Part shown: piece after piece, positions 55,556-57,244 of the stretch
Layout: each line of letters begins with the position of its first letter
Numbering within the stretch: the first letter of the stretch is position 1
Origin: Stramenopiles sp. TOSAG23-2
Taxonomy: Eukaryota
Direction: 5' to 3'
Assembly (NCBI GenBank): GCA_900128395.1
Contig: LT649257.1
Location: 1-57,244, forward strand
DNA: 57,244 bases
Position numbers and translations under genes: made by a program
The notes under the pieces: model-generated
Databases searched by the model: none
What the model saw: the letters and a program-made list of their open reading frames with translations, nothing else
What the model was told of the DNA's origin: nothing

Positions 55556-57070
55556 CTATATTCCCTTCTTTGCCTCGACAAACAAACTAAAATATTTTTT
55601 CTTTCCCTTTTCATCTTCATAATAATGTTCTGCTGCTTCTGAAATATGATCAATTTGCAAATCTTTAAATTTACTACCCATGAATGTTGATTGAATAATA
55701 TCATCACTTTGAAATCCAGAACGCATCAACGCACCTTTCAACGTTTCAAAATCAAAACCGGTTTTATGTGGATTTGTCATATCCAATGATGTTTCCATTC
55801 CTCCTAAATATCTTAATGTTACTGGTAACCTTGTACCAGTAATTGGATCATCCGATACCCATTGCCAAGATGCCCAATTTTGACGTGCAGCTTTCCAAAA
55901 TGGGGCTGGATCTTCTGCTGGAGATATCTTTCTATCACTAGACACATATTGTTCCAACCATGTACGCGCATTTGGAACTATTAAACGCAATACACCACCT
56001 GGTTTCAATACACGATAAATTTCATTCAAAACATAATTTGTATCATCTGGGTATCGTATATGTTCTAGAGTATGTGCAGCATAAACGTATGAACATGTTG
56101 ATTGGTCCATTGGCAACGGGTTTGATGCAATACTCATTGATAATTCAACTGGTCTTGGACCTGGTTTTGTACGTATGGCACGTGTACCGACAATATCAAT
56201 ATTTAACCACCCTAACAATGCACTATCTCCAGCAGCACCTAATTGAACTTTTAAATTTCCTTTTTGACTATCTGTTAATAATTGTGCTGGAATATTTTGT
56301 AATTGTTTATTATTTGCTATTTCCGATAATTTTTCAACATGTTCCACTGCACGTGCTACTAATAAACGAGCTTGCAACAATAGTACACTTGCCTCCGTTC
56401 CTGAATTTTCAACATATACTTCACTTGGCAATGCAGATAATGCTGCAGTTAAATCTAATAATTGTGGTATTAAACTTCTTGCCGATTGCTTCATCATATT
56501 TATCTCAGCTGCTCCAGCAGATGTTTTTGGTGTTGGTACAAATCCTTGTTGCATACTTCCTTGTTGATCATCTTCACCCTCATCATCCATTCTTGCACGT
56601 ATACCTTTCCTAGAAATTTTCTTCACAGAACCTTTTTTAACATTATTATTATTATGTTCAATATCTGCTCCTCCTGCTTTTGATACCGATAAATCTACTA
56701 TTTTTTTTCCATTATTTTTTTGATTAAATTGTGTTGGTATTTGTATTACATTATATTTTCTCTTTCTTTTTTTAGCATTTTCTTTCACAATTCTATCTAA
56801 CACGGTTGTTATACTATGCAACGTTTGCTTTACACGTACATCGTCTAAATTTTGAACATTTGTCGATGTCCCTAATGTGACTAGATCATTTGCTGCGGAT
56901 AACGATGCAATTCCAAGTGCTGAACCATTTGACGTCAAGCGTCTTCCCATATACCTAAATATTAAAAATAAACAGATAATACTTCCAATGCAACATGTTA
57001 TTAAACGTATAAATTGATATCGTAACGATGATGATCCATTCCGCCTTTTTTTACTGCCATTCCCTTGCAT
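55556..57070 (-). CDS. Type II membrane-anchored class I SAM methyltransferase
   Basis: N-terminal signal anchor and long stem, then VQLGAAG..WLNIDI..YAAHTLEHI..EIYRVLKPGGVLRLIVPN. Confidence 0.85.
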   Translation of the reverse strand: MQGNGSKKRRNGSSSLRYQFIRLITCCIGSIICLFLIFRYMGRRLTSNGSALGIASLSAANDLVTLGTSTNVQNLDDVRVKQTLHSITTVLDRIVKENAKKRKRKYNVIQIPTQFNQKNNGKKIVDLSVSKAGGADIEHNNNNVKKGSVKKISRKGIRARMDDEGEDDQQGSMQQGFVPTPKTSAGAAEINMMKQSARSLIPQLLDLTAALSALPSEVYVENSGTEASVLLLQARLLVARAVEHVEKLSEIANNKQLQNIPAQLLTDSQKGNLKVQLGAAGDSALLGWLNIDIVGTRAIRTKPGPRPVELSMSIASNPLPMDQSTCSYVYAAHTLEHIRYPDDTNYVLNEIYRVLKPGGVLRLIVPNARTWLEQYVSSDRKISPAEDPAPFWKAARQNWASWQWVSDDPITGTRLPVTLRYLGGMETSLDMTNPHKTGFDFETLKGALMRSGFQSDDIIQSTFMGSKFKDLQIDHISEAAEHYYEDEKGKKKYFSLFVEAKKGI

Positions 57071-57244
57071 ATTTCAAGTTTTGTTATTATACATATATAT
57101 ATATATATGAAGAAATGATACGTCTCTTTACGAAATCTATACCTATACAAATATATAATTTGGATATGTACATGTTTCTATTTTTTCTTTCATTTTTTTA
57201 AGAAAAGAAAAAAGGCTGGAAAAGGGAGAGGGGGGGGGGGGAAA

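Noticed and set aside
57225-57244. Terminal poly-G run
   Set aside because: At the window edge; a simple homopolymer or sequencing artefact that cannot be evaluated.

Overview
AT-rich, gene-dense, intron-poor nuclear DNA from a unicellular eukaryote (possibly a stramenopile; lineage is inference only). About 18 host genes are recognisable or plausible: JTB-like, class II PRPP synthetase, HEATR5, pectinacetylesterase/Notum-like, RPB2, TIM21-like, EF-hand protein, LSM5, GH27 alpha-galactosidase, GT31, FkbM methyltransferase, M14 carboxypeptidase, AFG3-type m-AAA protease, TauD, an amino-acid transporter and a membrane-anchored methyltransferase, plus hypothetical proteins. The main signals are mobile DNA. 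(1) A ~3.3-kb segment (19669-22988) has Helentron/Helitron2-type ends and carries an LRR gene of 78-bp modules with a constant scaffold and hypervariable ligand face. Two same-register module deletions interrupt it, and an orphan LRR cassette ~6 kb away (26604-26739) holds exactly the 44 nt that would repair the frameshift. (2) Two unrelated genes carry homologous introns (61/81 identical), the signature of an introner family. (3) A complete 6.6-kb P-superfamily transposon (29918-36497; 7-bp TSD, long TIRs) has two convergent ORFs that seem to split the transposase core from its usual C-terminal domain, with a perfect 130-bp-arm hairpin near its centre. (4) A TTAA-flanked Kolobok-like MITE, tandem duplications, a nested palindrome, and dispersed repeats found only in convergent intergenic regions. 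All alignments were done by eye; no database searches were run.
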